Below are positions 41,433 through 50,792 of a stretch of 64,000 nt of DNA, piece after piece (within the stretch, counting starts at the first letter, position 1; the number at the start of each line of letters is the position of its first letter). Source of the DNA: Elusimicrobiota bacterium (GTDB taxonomy: Bacteria > Elusimicrobiota > UBA8919); the NCBI GenBank assembly GCA_016928195.1, contig JAFGLF010000006.1, positions 10,807 to 74,806 of the forward strand. Direction: 5' to 3'. The position numbers were made by a program, and so were the translations under genes. A model generated the notes under the pieces. It was given only the letters and a program-made list of their open reading frames with translations. It was not told the origin of the DNA and did not search any database.

Positions 41433-41885
41433 ATGCGGTGTCCTTTTTGCGGTGGAACTGATTGTGATGTTAATGATACCCGCCCTATCGAAGACAGTTC
41501 AATAATAAAAAGAAGAAGAGAGTGCGCCCGTTGTAAAAAACGGTTTACAACATATGAAAGAATGGAGGTTGCTCCTCTTACAGTAATCAAAAGTGATAAT
41601 AAGAGAGAGCCTTTTGCGGTAGAAAAACTGACAAGAGGTATTAGACTTGCGTGTCTAAAAAGACCTATACCTGAAGATACGCTGGAAAAGATTATCAGCG
41701 AAATAGAAATGGAACTTAATGATTATATAATGGAGGTCCCTTCCAAAACAATAGGTGAGATGGCGCTGAAACGCCTTAAAAAAATAGACGAAGTTGCATA
41801 TGTAAGATTTGCCTCAATATATAGAAAGTTTGATAGTATCAATACATTTTTAAAAGAGCTGAGAAAACTGAAAAGAAGGAAATAG
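41433..41885 (+). CDS. nrdR: Transcriptional repressor NrdR
   Basis: MRCPFC, RRREC..C..RFTTYE, ATP cone, VAYVRFASIYR. Confidence 0.97.
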   Translation: MRCPFCGGTDCDVNDTRPIEDSSIIKRRRECARCKKRFTTYERMEVAPLTVIKSDNKREPFAVEKLTRGIRLACLKRPIPEDTLEKIISEIEMELNDYIMEVPSKTIGEMALKRLKKIDEVAYVRFASIYRKFDSINTFLKELRKLKRRK

Positions 41886-41953
41886 AAATATAAACCCTGT
41901 GATCCCGTGTGGGGTTTTACGGGACTTTAAAGGGTAATAATTAAGGGGGGACG

Positions 41954-42352
41954 ATGGATAAGATGGATTGTACGTCCGGCAGTTGTACTTTAACACAGGA
42001 GCAGATAGATTTTATTAAAATGGCCAAGCCTTCCGCAGAAGATACATCCAGAGAAATTAAAAGCAATATAAAAATTAAAATTTTTAGTAAAAAGGATTGT
42101 ATTAACTGTAAAACGGCAATTGAAAAGCTGACTAGTTGTTTGTCCAATATTAATCCCGAATTTGTTAATGCTATTATTTATTATGATTTGGATACACTTG
42201 ACGGATTAACAGAGGCTGCAATATATACGGCGTTTGATGTTCCTACCATCATTTTCGAATCCTCTTCAGGCGAAGAAATTAAACGGTGGAATTATGGTTC
42301 AGCGGAGTTGTCCGAACAGGATTTGAAAAATGTTTGTAGCAGACTATCTTGA
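41954..42352 (+). CDS. Thioredoxin/glutaredoxin-like protein (NrdH-like redoxin)
   Basis: FSKKDCINCK CxxC, VPTII; in RNR operon. Confidence 0.75.
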   Translation: MDKMDCTSGSCTLTQEQIDFIKMAKPSAEDTSREIKSNIKIKIFSKKDCINCKTAIEKLTSCLSNINPEFVNAIIYYDLDTLDGLTEAAIYTAFDVPTIIFESSSGEEIKRWNYGSAELSEQDLKNVCSRLS

Positions 42353-42606
42353 AACATTCCTTTTAGACTGGGAAGGGAAAGTATCGTGTGTTTTGTTTTT
42401 GTCGGGCTGTAATTTTCGTTGCCCCTGGTGTCAGAATAAAGATCTTGCCTTAGGAAGAATTGACCCCGATAAAACTGAGACTATTACAGAAATACTTCGG
42501 AAATTTGTTCCTCATAATACATTGGATGATAGATAATAGATATATGAATGTTAAACCTTATTCTGACCGGGAAATAAAAAAAATGCAATCAATTGTTAAT
42601 TCTTAA
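42330..42606 (+). pseudogene. nrdG: Anaerobic RNR activase (radical SAM), internally deleted and frameshifted
   Basis: DWEGK..GCNFRCPWCQN N-terminus joined to FVPHNTLDDR C-terminal segment; 7-bp duplication ATAGATA creates a stop. Confidence 0.7.
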
Positions 42607-42668
42607 TTCCCTGCCTGACTGCCGCAGGCAGGCAGGTTAATTCTGTTTTTATACGGAGGTTATGTTTT

Positions 42669-45119
42669 ATGCGTAAGTATTTCAGTTTTGTAAAAAAAGC
42701 GGACAACAAGATCGAGCCTTTCAATGAGAAAAAAATTGTTATTGCTGTTACCGGAGGTAGCAGGGAGGGGGGGCATGAAAACAGGGAAACCATAAGCCAG
42801 ATCGTCAAAAAGGTTTTGGAATTTTTAAAGATGAATTATCTCCCTGGCGAAACAATTACAACGCAAACGATAAACGATGCTGTTGAAAAAATTCTTATTG
42901 AAGAAAAATACGAACAGACCTTTCATGCATATCAGAAAAGGCGTATTAAGAAAAAAGAGATGCGTGAACGTATGAAAGTTGCAAAAAGAAAAGAAAAAAA
43001 CAGTTCAACGGATTTAACTCTCCTGGTACAGGCGGAAATTGAAGAAGAATCGTCGTCTTGGGATAAGACAAAGATTGTTGACGCTCTCGTAAAAGAGACA
43101 AAACTTCCGCATGCTGATGCCCGCAAGGTTGCCCGTAATATTGAAAAGAAGGTTATGCTGTTCGGTATTGATAAAATCACGACTGCTCTTTTGAGAGAAA
43201 TTGTGGACAACGAATTGTTGCTCTCCGGTCATTCGGCAAAAATAAAAAAGCAGACATCTTTAGGTATACCGACTTATAATTTGGAACAGCTTATTTTCTC
43301 AAAAGGTAAAGAAAACTCAAATGTCGCAGCGCATAATCCGGAAGCAATAAACCTGTCTATTGCGGAGATAATACTTAAACAGTATGCTTTGAATAATATT
43401 TTTTCTCAGGATGTTGCCGACTCACACCTGGAGGGCCGTCTCCATATACATGATTTGGGGTACCCCACAAGAGTCTACTGTTCAAGCCATTCGCTTGAAT
43501 ATCTGAAAAAATACGGACTCCGTCTGGAAAACCTTGATGTGATTTCGGGTCCTGCAAAACATGCAAGAACATTAACCGGACACCTTAATACGTTTCTTGC
43601 TTCCATGCAGGCGTATTATGCAGGTGCACTTGGTGTGGGGTATCTTAATATTTTTTATGCGCCGTATCTTGTAGATTTTACCTATGAAGAGATGATTCAG
43701 GAAGCCCAGTATTTAATTTTCTCGCTTTCCCAGTCTGCATTTTCCAGAGGCGGGCAGGTCTTGTTTCTGGATGCCAATATCCATACCGGAGTTCCCGCTT
43801 ATCTTAAGAATGTTCCTGCTATAGGTCCCGACGGCAAATATACGGGTAAAACATATGCACATTATGAAAAACAGGCACAGCAGTTTGCCCTTGCTCTTCT
43901 TGAAGTATGGCGCCGTGGAGATAAATATGGACATGTATTTGCTTTTCCGAAATGCGACCTGCATATAAATGCAGAAACATTCTCGGATCCGAACCAGAGA
44001 AAGATATTGGAATATGCCTGTCTTGTTGCATCGGAGAACGGAACACCATATTTCGTTTTTGACAGAGATGAGGTTACGCTTTCTGCATGCTGCAGACTGA
44101 GGACACAGATAAGGGATAATTATATGATTGAACATCCGGAATCCATGCGTTTTTGCGGGTTCCAGAATGTTACTATAAATCTGCCTCAGGCAGCATACCG
44201 TGCCGGAAAAAGGAATGTGGATAAATTACTGAATGAAATTGCAGAGGATATGGATCTTTGTGTAAAAGCGCATCTTCAGAAAAAATCATTTATAAAAAAG
44301 CTGATGGCAAATGAAGGGTCGCCCCTTTACCATATAGGTAAAGCCGCTTGTGACGGCAGGCCTTATGTGGATCTGAGGAACTCAACATATATAATAGGTA
44401 TGATAGGTCTTAATGAATGTGTCCAGTACTTAACAGGAAAACAGCTTCATGAAGACGAGGCGGTTTTCAGACTTGGTCTAAGGATAATTTCCTATATGTA
44501 CCTGAAAACCAAAGAATACGAGAAAAAACATGGCTTAAAGTTTGCTCTTGAAGAAAGTCCTGCGGAATCTGCCGCGAGACGTATGGCGAAGGTTGATCTG
44601 CAGAAATACCCGGTAGCAAAAGAGGTCGTAAAAGGCGATGTAAACCATGATGAATATTATTATACAAACAGTATACATTTTTCTGCTGATGCTCCGGTAG
44701 GTCTTGTTGAGAGGATAGTAAGACAGAGCCAGTTCCATTCACTCATAGAAAGCGGTGCTATTACACATGCATTTATAGGAGAATCAAGACCGCATTTTTC
44801 TTCGATAATGAATCTTATTGAAAAGACCTGGTATAATACAAAGTCTGCGCAGTTGACTATTTCTCCTGAGTTTACGATATGTAATGATTGCCACAGAAGT
44901 GTCAGGGGATTAAAGGATACATGTCTGCGTTGCGGTTCAACCAGTGTTTACGGTATAACAAGGATTGTCGGGTATTATTCAAGGATTTCAAACTGGAATA
45001 GGTCTAAAATAGGAGAGTTGAAAAACAGACACAAAGGAAATTACGCTTTGGAGAAAGATAATGTTAGTGAAAGTAGTGAAGTTGAAAAAGGGGATAAAGT
45101 TGCCGCAATACCAGCATAG
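42669..45119 (+). CDS. nrdD: Class III (anaerobic) ribonucleoside-triphosphate reductase, two ATP cones
   Basis: HIHDL, SACCRL, PAESAA.R, YYTNS, CxxC..CxxC, RIVGYY glycyl-radical motif. Confidence 0.96.
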   Translation: MRKYFSFVKKADNKIEPFNEKKIVIAVTGGSREGGHENRETISQIVKKVLEFLKMNYLPGETITTQTINDAVEKILIEEKYEQTFHAYQKRRIKKKEMRERMKVAKRKEKNSSTDLTLLVQAEIEEESSSWDKTKIVDALVKETKLPHADARKVARNIEKKVMLFGIDKITTALLREIVDNELLLSGHSAKIKKQTSLGIPTYNLEQLIFSKGKENSNVAAHNPEAINLSIAEIILKQYALNNIFSQDVADSHLEGRLHIHDLGYPTRVYCSSHSLEYLKKYGLRLENLDVISGPAKHARTLTGHLNTFLASMQAYYAGALGVGYLNIFYAPYLVDFTYEEMIQEAQYLIFSLSQSAFSRGGQVLFLDANIHTGVPAYLKNVPAIGPDGKYTGKTYAHYEKQAQQFALALLEVWRRGDKYGHVFAFPKCDLHINAETFSDPNQRKILEYACLVASENGTPYFVFDRDEVTLSACCRLRTQIRDNYMIEHPESMRFCGFQNVTINLPQAAYRAGKRNVDKLLNEIAEDMDLCVKAHLQKKSFIKKLMANEGSPLYHIGKAACDGRPYVDLRNSTYIIGMIGLNECVQYLTGKQLHEDEAVFRLGLRIISYMYLKTKEYEKKHGLKFALEESPAESAARRMAKVDLQKYPVAKEVVKGDVNHDEYYYTNSIHFSADAPVGLVERIVRQSQFHSLIESGAITHAFIGESRPHFSSIMNLIEKTWYNTKSAQLTISPEFTICNDCHRSVRGLKDTCLRCGSTSVYGITRIVGYYSRISNWNRSKIGELKNRHKGNYALEKDNVSESSEVEKGDKVAAIPA

Positions 45120-45492
45120 CGGCGATTCATGTGTTGATTTGGTTAATGTAGGCGGGGATGTTTTAATTGAACCGTTTTCAAGGCAGATTATACCGACAGG
45201 CATTAAGATCGCAGTTCCTGAAGGTTATGAACTGCAGGTTAGACCGAGAAGCGGGTTAGCATTAAAAAAAGGGATTACTGTATTAAATACTCCGGGAACC
45301 GTTGATTCGGGTTACAGAGGCGAGGTTTGTGTTATTTTATATAATAGTTCCAAAGAGACTGTAAAGCTGGAAAACGGCGAAAGGGTTGCACAGGCTGCAC
45401 TGTGCAAAGTAGAAAAAATTTGTTGGGAGGAAGTAGAGGAAATAGATAAGACAAAAAGGAATGAAGGCGGGTTTGGGTCGACGGGAATTTAA
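45061..45492 (+). CDS. dut: dUTPase
   Basis: RPRSGLA, GTVDSGYRGE, GGFGSTG. Confidence 0.96.
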   Translation: MLVKVVKLKKGIKLPQYQHSGDSCVDLVNVGGDVLIEPFSRQIIPTGIKIAVPEGYELQVRPRSGLALKKGITVLNTPGTVDSGYRGEVCVILYNSSKETVKLENGERVAQAALCKVEKICWEEVEEIDKTKRNEGGFGSTGI

Positions 45493-45496
45493 TCTC

Positions 45497-45628
45497 GAAA
45501 TACATGGAAATACGATAGAAATACAATGGAAATACGGTAGAAATATGGTAGAAATACAGTGGAAATATAATTGTGTTTCTATGAATTTCTACGAGTTTCC
45601 CGCCGAAGGCGAGGCTCGCCTCTGGCGG
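45497..45628. repeat. 11-mer tandem GAAATACRRTR array with inverted arm and nested GC palindrome
   Basis: About 7 GAAATA units followed by TTTCTA units and CCCGCCGAAGGCG..GGCGG. Confidence 0.8.
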
Positions 45629-45663
45629 CAATTTATTTCATTTTAATAAAGGAGTTAAGCGTT

Positions 45664-46833
45664 ATGCCGTTTTTTATAGGGAAAGATAGAGAAGCAAGGC
45701 GGGTTTATGGATTCGATGAAGTAGCACTTGTTCCTTCAACAACGACGGTTGATATTGATGATGTTGATACAACAACAAGAATTGGAAAAATGAAACTGGA
45801 AATTCCGTTTTTGGCGTCAGCCATGGATGGTGTTGTGGATGTAAAATTTGCTATTGCTTTCGGAAAACTTGGAGGGCTTGCTGTTTTGAATCTGGACGGT
45901 GTACAGACAAGGTATGAAAATCCTCAGGAAGTAATCGAAAAAATTAGAAATGCCTGTAAAGTAAAGGACACTAAATCAACCGCAACCATACAGGAGGTTT
46001 ATAAAAAACCGGTAAATGAAAAATTAATATCCAAAAGAGTATCCGAAATAAAAAAGGGCGGTGTTATGGCAGCCGTTTCGACAATTCCAAAAAATGCACA
46101 AAGGTATTCAAAGATCGCCGAAGAAGCGGGGTGTGATGTTTTTGTGATACAATCAACTGTTACAACCGCAAAATTTGAATCCAGCAATCAGGAAAAGGTT
46201 GATTTAAAAAAGATATGCAGTTCTATAAAAATTCCTACAATTATAGGCAATACTGTGTCATATGAAACTTCACTTGAGCTTATGGAAACAGGCTGTTATG
46301 GAATCCTGGTGGGAATTGGTCCCGGTGCCGCTTGTACAACGAGAGGTGTTTTAGGAATCGGGGTCCCGCAGGTGACCGCTATTGTTGACTGTGCCGCTGC
46401 AAGGGATTTTTATTATAAAAAAACAGGAAAATACGTTTCAATAATTGCAGATGGCGGAATGGTAACAGGCGGTGATATTTGCAAAGCATTTGCCTGCGGC
46501 AGTGATGCCGTGATGATAGGAAGCGGGTTTGTACGTGCGGAAGAATCTCCCGGCAGGGGATATCACTGGGGTATGGCGACAAGTCACAAAAACCTGCCCA
46601 GAGGCACCGGGGTTTGTGTGGGTGTTTCTGGTACTATTGAAGAGATACTTTTAGGTCCTGCAAAAACTGATGACGGCACACAAAATCTTGTCGGAGCATT
46701 AAAAACAAGCATGGGTTCACTCGGAGCAAGGAATATAAAAGAAATGAATCTTGCCGAGATTGTAATCGCACCGGAAATAAAACACGAAGGAAAGGTTTTA
46801 CAGAAAATGCAGAAAGTAGGGATGGGTAAATAA
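45664..46833 (+). CDS. guaB: IMP dehydrogenase family protein (GuaB3-like, no CBS domains)
   Basis: YGFDEVALVP, SAMDGVV, GIGPGAACTTR, IADGG, WGMA. Confidence 0.85.
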   Translation: MPFFIGKDREARRVYGFDEVALVPSTTTVDIDDVDTTTRIGKMKLEIPFLASAMDGVVDVKFAIAFGKLGGLAVLNLDGVQTRYENPQEVIEKIRNACKVKDTKSTATIQEVYKKPVNEKLISKRVSEIKKGGVMAAVSTIPKNAQRYSKIAEEAGCDVFVIQSTVTTAKFESSNQEKVDLKKICSSIKIPTIIGNTVSYETSLELMETGCYGILVGIGPGAACTTRGVLGIGVPQVTAIVDCAAARDFYYKKTGKYVSIIADGGMVTGGDICKAFACGSDAVMIGSGFVRAEESPGRGYHWGMATSHKNLPRGTGVCVGVSGTIEEILLGPAKTDDGTQNLVGALKTSMGSLGARNIKEMNLAEIVIAPEIKHEGKVLQKMQKVGMGK

Positions 46834-46935
46834 AAAAAACGATGTAGACAGATAAAAAAGCAGATTCAGACAGATAATTTATATGTATAAGGCCGTTAGC
46901 CATCTGTTTGAATCCGTAAGTTATCTGCTTGAATT

Positions 46936-48462
46936 ATGATTTTAATACTTGATTTTGGTTCCCAGTATACACACCTTATTGCAAGAAGAGTTCGTGAATT
47001 GAAAGTTTACTCCGAAGTTCTTCCTTACAACGCAGAGATTGCGGATATACTGAAGAAAGAGCCTTCGGGAATTATATTGTCGGGCGGTCCCGCCTCGGTT
47101 CTTACAAAAAACTCGCCTGTATGTGACCCGTATATCTATAATCTCGGGATACCTGTTCTGGGGGTATGTTACGGTATGCAGCTTCTTGCTAAAGTATTCG
47201 GAGGAAAAATTGTAAGAGGCAGTTCCCGCGAATATGGAAGAGCAAAAATATTTATTAATAAAAAAAATATTCTTTTTAACAATATTCCAAAGAGTTCATA
47301 TGTCTGGATGAGTCATGGCGATAGAATTAAAACACTGCCTAAAGAGTTTATGGGAATTGCACATACGGAAAGTGTAAGCAATGCCGCATTTGAGGACCCC
47401 AGCAGAAAACTGTACGGTGTCCAGTTCCATCCGGAAGTGGTTCATACGCAGTTTGGAAAGGAAATTCTAAAGAATTTTATTTTTAATATTTCACATGCAA
47501 AGAAAAGCTGGAATTTAAAATCATTCGTCAAAGGTCAAATCCTCGAAGTAAGAAAAAAGGTAAAAAACTCAAATGTTATATGCGGTTTATCCGGCGGTAT
47601 AGATTCTTCGACTGTAGCGGTGTTGCTGAAAAAGGCTGTTGGTAAAAAACTTGTTTCTATTTTTGTCGATAACGGACTTTTAAGAAAAGGGGAGAAAGAG
47701 AGAATAAAAGATATTTTTGGGAAGAAATTCAGCCTTAATATGCGGTTTATTGATGCAAGGGATGTTTTTCTTAAAAAATTGAAAGGTGTTGTCAATCCGG
47801 AGAAGAAAAGGAAGATTATCGGAAAGGAGTTTATAGATGTTTTCGAAAAAGAAGCAAGAAAGATAAAAGGTGTAAAGTTTTTAGCGCAGGGGACACTGTA
47901 TCCGGATGTAATAGAATCACTTCCGGTAAAGGGGCCTTCTTCTACGATAAAATCGCATCATAACGTAGGTGGTCTTCCCGAAAAAATGAATCTTTCTCTG
48001 ATTGAGCCTTTGAGATATTTATTTAAGGATGAAGCTCGTGTTATTGCAAAATCGCTTAATTTACCGGATGAAATTGTACATAGACAGCCATTTCCAGGTC
48101 CCGGTCTGGCAATAAGGATCATAGGCGAGGTAACCGAGGAGAGGCTCAGGATTTTGAAAGAGGCAGATTGGATCTTAATTGACGAGATGAAAAAGTCAGG
48201 TTTTTATTATAAAGTCTGGCAGTCCTTTGCAATACTTATTCCTATTAAGACGGTTGGTGTTATGGGCGATAAAAGAACTTATGAAAATGTTGTGGCGATA
48301 AGAATAGTTGAAAGTTCCGACGGTATGACCGCGGATTTTACCAGAATTCCATATCAATATCTTGAAAGGCTGTCTACAAAAATTGTAAACGAGGTAAAAG
48401 GTGTCAACAGGGTTGTATATGATATCACCTCAAAACCGCCCGGAACCATCGAATGGGAGTAG
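46936..48462 (+). CDS. guaA: GMP synthase (glutamine-hydrolysing)
   Basis: [33 protein letters not shown]. Confidence 0.98.
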   Translation: MILILDFGSQYTHLIARRVRELKVYSEVLPYNAEIADILKKEPSGIILSGGPASVLTKNSPVCDPYIYNLGIPVLGVCYGMQLLAKVFGGKIVRGSSREYGRAKIFINKKNILFNNIPKSSYVWMSHGDRIKTLPKEFMGIAHTESVSNAAFEDPSRKLYGVQFHPEVVHTQFGKEILKNFIFNISHAKKSWNLKSFVKGQILEVRKKVKNSNVICGLSGGIDSSTVAVLLKKAVGKKLVSIFVDNGLLRKGEKERIKDIFGKKFSLNMRFIDARDVFLKKLKGVVNPEKKRKIIGKEFIDVFEKEARKIKGVKFLAQGTLYPDVIESLPVKGPSSTIKSHHNVGGLPEKMNLSLIEPLRYLFKDEARVIAKSLNLPDEIVHRQPFPGPGLAIRIIGEVTEERLRILKEADWILIDEMKKSGFYYKVWQSFAILIPIKTVGVMGDKRTYENVVAIRIVESSDGMTADFTRIPYQYLERLSTKIVNEVKGVNRVVYDITSKPPGTIEWE

Positions 48463-48477
48463 ATTTATTAGGGAGGT

Positions 48478-49323
48478 ATGGTTAAGATGAAAATAGACGG
48501 AAATATACCCGTGTTTTTAGTTGAAGGTGACACACTGCCTGAAGTCTGGGAGAAAGCCGTAGTTAAAACATGGAATGAAGGGATACAGATAAAAACGGAA
48601 TATGATAAACCGGGTGATCCGCCGAGTAAAGACTGTACAATGATAATGATATGCCGTAATCCTTTTCAGGAGCCGAGAATTCACAGATGTTTTCCTGCAG
48701 GACTTGATACGCTTGAGATATACAAACAGGAAGTAGTGGATGGTATTCATGATCACTGGATTAAACCCGAAGAAGGTAAATGGACATATACGTATCATGA
48801 ACGGATTTTTTCCTATAAAACAGAGAATAAAATAATTAACCAGATAGACTATATAGTTGAAAAACTTTCTGAAACCCATTATTCGCGCAGGGCACAGGCT
48901 ATAACATGGAATGTAGCAACTGATCCTCAAACATATGACCCGCCGTGCCTTCAGAGAATATGGTTCAGGTTATTTGAAAATGATAAAAAAGAATTAGTTT
49001 TAAATATGAATACAAACTGGCGTTCCAGAGACGGCTATAAAGCTGCGTTCATGAATATATTTGCATTGACCCAGTTGCAGAAAATTGTTGCGGAAAAGAT
49101 CTCCGGAAAAACAAACAGAAGGGTTTCTGTGGGAAGATATGTGGATATGGCCGATAGTTTTCATATTTATGGCAGTTATTATAAAGAATTCGAAGGATTT
49201 ATGGAAACACTGAAAAATAGGAATTTTGAAGCACGGACCTGGAATAGCGAATTTGCCGAAGAAATATTTAAAGAAACCCGGAAAAAGTTAGAGCAGGAGA
49301 GGAAAAATGAACAACGCATTTAA
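48478..49323 (+). CDS. thyA: Thymidylate synthase, archaeal-type
   Basis: YTYHER, SRRA, DPPCLQ, WRSRD..AAFMN, SFHIY. Confidence 0.8.
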   Translation: MVKMKIDGNIPVFLVEGDTLPEVWEKAVVKTWNEGIQIKTEYDKPGDPPSKDCTMIMICRNPFQEPRIHRCFPAGLDTLEIYKQEVVDGIHDHWIKPEEGKWTYTYHERIFSYKTENKIINQIDYIVEKLSETHYSRRAQAITWNVATDPQTYDPPCLQRIWFRLFENDKKELVLNMNTNWRSRDGYKAAFMNIFALTQLQKIVAEKISGKTNRRVSVGRYVDMADSFHIYGSYYKEFEGFMETLKNRNFEARTWNSEFAEEIFKETRKKLEQERKNEQRI

Positions 49324-50224
49324 TGAAAGTGTTCTGGACGGATTAAAACAATCTTACCGCGGTAAAGTGAGAAATGTATACGAAGTTGATAACGACAGAT
49401 TACTGATTATTTCCAGTGACAGAATATCATGTTTTGACCATATCCTGCCGACTTTAATTCCAGAAAAAGGAAAAATATTAACGAGAATATCTGTTTTCTG
49501 GTTTAATTATTTAAAGGATATTATGGATAACCACTTGATTGCAACCGATACAAAAGATCCTGTGGTTTCAAAATTTATCGGTGCAAACTTGATGCAGGAA
49601 CTTAAAGACCGAATTATGCTTGTTAAGAAGGCTAAAAGGATGGATATTGAATGTATTGTTCGGGGTTATTTGTCTGGGAGTGCATGGAAAGAATATCAAA
49701 AAAGCGGCAGCATTTGCGGAATTAAGTTGCCGCCCGGATTAAAAGAGTCTGAAAAGCTTCCGCAGGTACTGTTCACGCCTTCTACAAAAGCGCAGGATGG
49801 TCAGCATGATATTAATATTACCGAAAAAGAGGCGGAAAAGGTCGTAGACGGTTTATTACCGGGTGTAAGCGGGGCTGAACTTGTTAAAAAGGTTAAAGAG
49901 AAAAGCATAAAACTATATAAGAAAGCATCTGAATATGCGCTGTCGAAAGGCATTATAATCTCCGATACGAAATTTGAATTTGGAATCGATAATGGAGAGA
50001 TTATCTTGATTGATGAGATTTTCACTCCGGATTCTTCGAGATTCTGGGATAAAGAAAAGTATTCGTCCGGGGGGGCTCAGCCGAATTTTGATAAACAGTT
50101 TGTCAGGGATTATCTTATATCGATTAATTGGGATAAACAGCCGCCCGTACCCGAACTTACTGAAGATATTGTCAGGAAAACCAGAGAGAGATATATTGAA
50201 GCGGAAAGAAGGTTGTGTGGCTAA
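49307..50224 (+). CDS. purC: SAICAR synthetase
   Basis: GKVR, SDRIS.FD, ECIVRGYLSGS, DTKFEFG, DEIFTPDSSRFW. Confidence 0.97.
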   Translation: MNNAFNESVLDGLKQSYRGKVRNVYEVDNDRLLIISSDRISCFDHILPTLIPEKGKILTRISVFWFNYLKDIMDNHLIATDTKDPVVSKFIGANLMQELKDRIMLVKKAKRMDIECIVRGYLSGSAWKEYQKSGSICGIKLPPGLKESEKLPQVLFTPSTKAQDGQHDINITEKEAEKVVDGLLPGVSGAELVKKVKEKSIKLYKKASEYALSKGIIISDTKFEFGIDNGEIILIDEIFTPDSSRFWDKEKYSSGGAQPNFDKQFVRDYLISINWDKQPPVPELTEDIVRKTRERYIEAERRLCG

Positions 50225-50306
50225 AATACTACACGCGAATACACGTCCGCCGCGGCGGATTGGGTTTGCGAAGATTCGCGTTTCTGAGCGAAGCGGAAGA
50301 GGTTGC

Positions 50307-50765
50307 GTGGTTAAATATAAAATTCTTGTAAAACATAAAGACGGATTTTTTGATGCAGAAGCAGAAAATATTAAAAAGGATATTCTGGATTCGGGCATAA
50401 GAGGTATTGATTCCGTGGAAGTAGCACAGCTTTATGAAATTTCCGGCAATGTTTCTGATAAAGAGATTAGTAGAATCTGTGATAAACTCCTTGCCGACCC
50501 TATTACGCAATCATTGTATGTGAACTCCAATCCCGAAAAAAACAATAGCAGTAGAATAGAAGTAAATTATAAAAGCGGTGTAACTGATGCGGTGGCGGAT
50601 ACTGTAAAAATAGGAATAGCTGATATAGGAATGAAAAACAAGTTGTCTGTAAGAACCGGAAAAAGATTTTTTTTAAAAGGAAACTTAACGGAAGAAGAAC
50701 TGAAAATGATAGCGGAAAAAATCCTTTCAAATACTGTTGTTCAGGAGTATAGCATAGAAAGGTAA
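50307..50765 (+). CDS. purS: FGAM synthase PurS subunit, tandem domain
   Basis: Two PurS-like halves (LLADPI; GVTDAVA..ILSNTVVQEY); alternative in-frame GTG at 50217. Confidence 0.75.
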   Translation: MVKYKILVKHKDGFFDAEAENIKKDILDSGIRGIDSVEVAQLYEISGNVSDKEISRICDKLLADPITQSLYVNSNPEKNNSSRIEVNYKSGVTDAVADTVKIGIADIGMKNKLSVRTGKRFFLKGNLTEEELKMIAEKILSNTVVQEYSIER

Positions 50766-50792
50766 AATTTATAATAAGGAGGAAAAGAAGGG

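Noticed and set aside
42669-45119. Intein or intron in nrdD
   Set aside because: Length is explained by two ATP cones; no intein motifs or frame break.
45497-45598. Possible CRISPR array
   Set aside because: 11-nt tandem units without spacers; no cas genes in the window.
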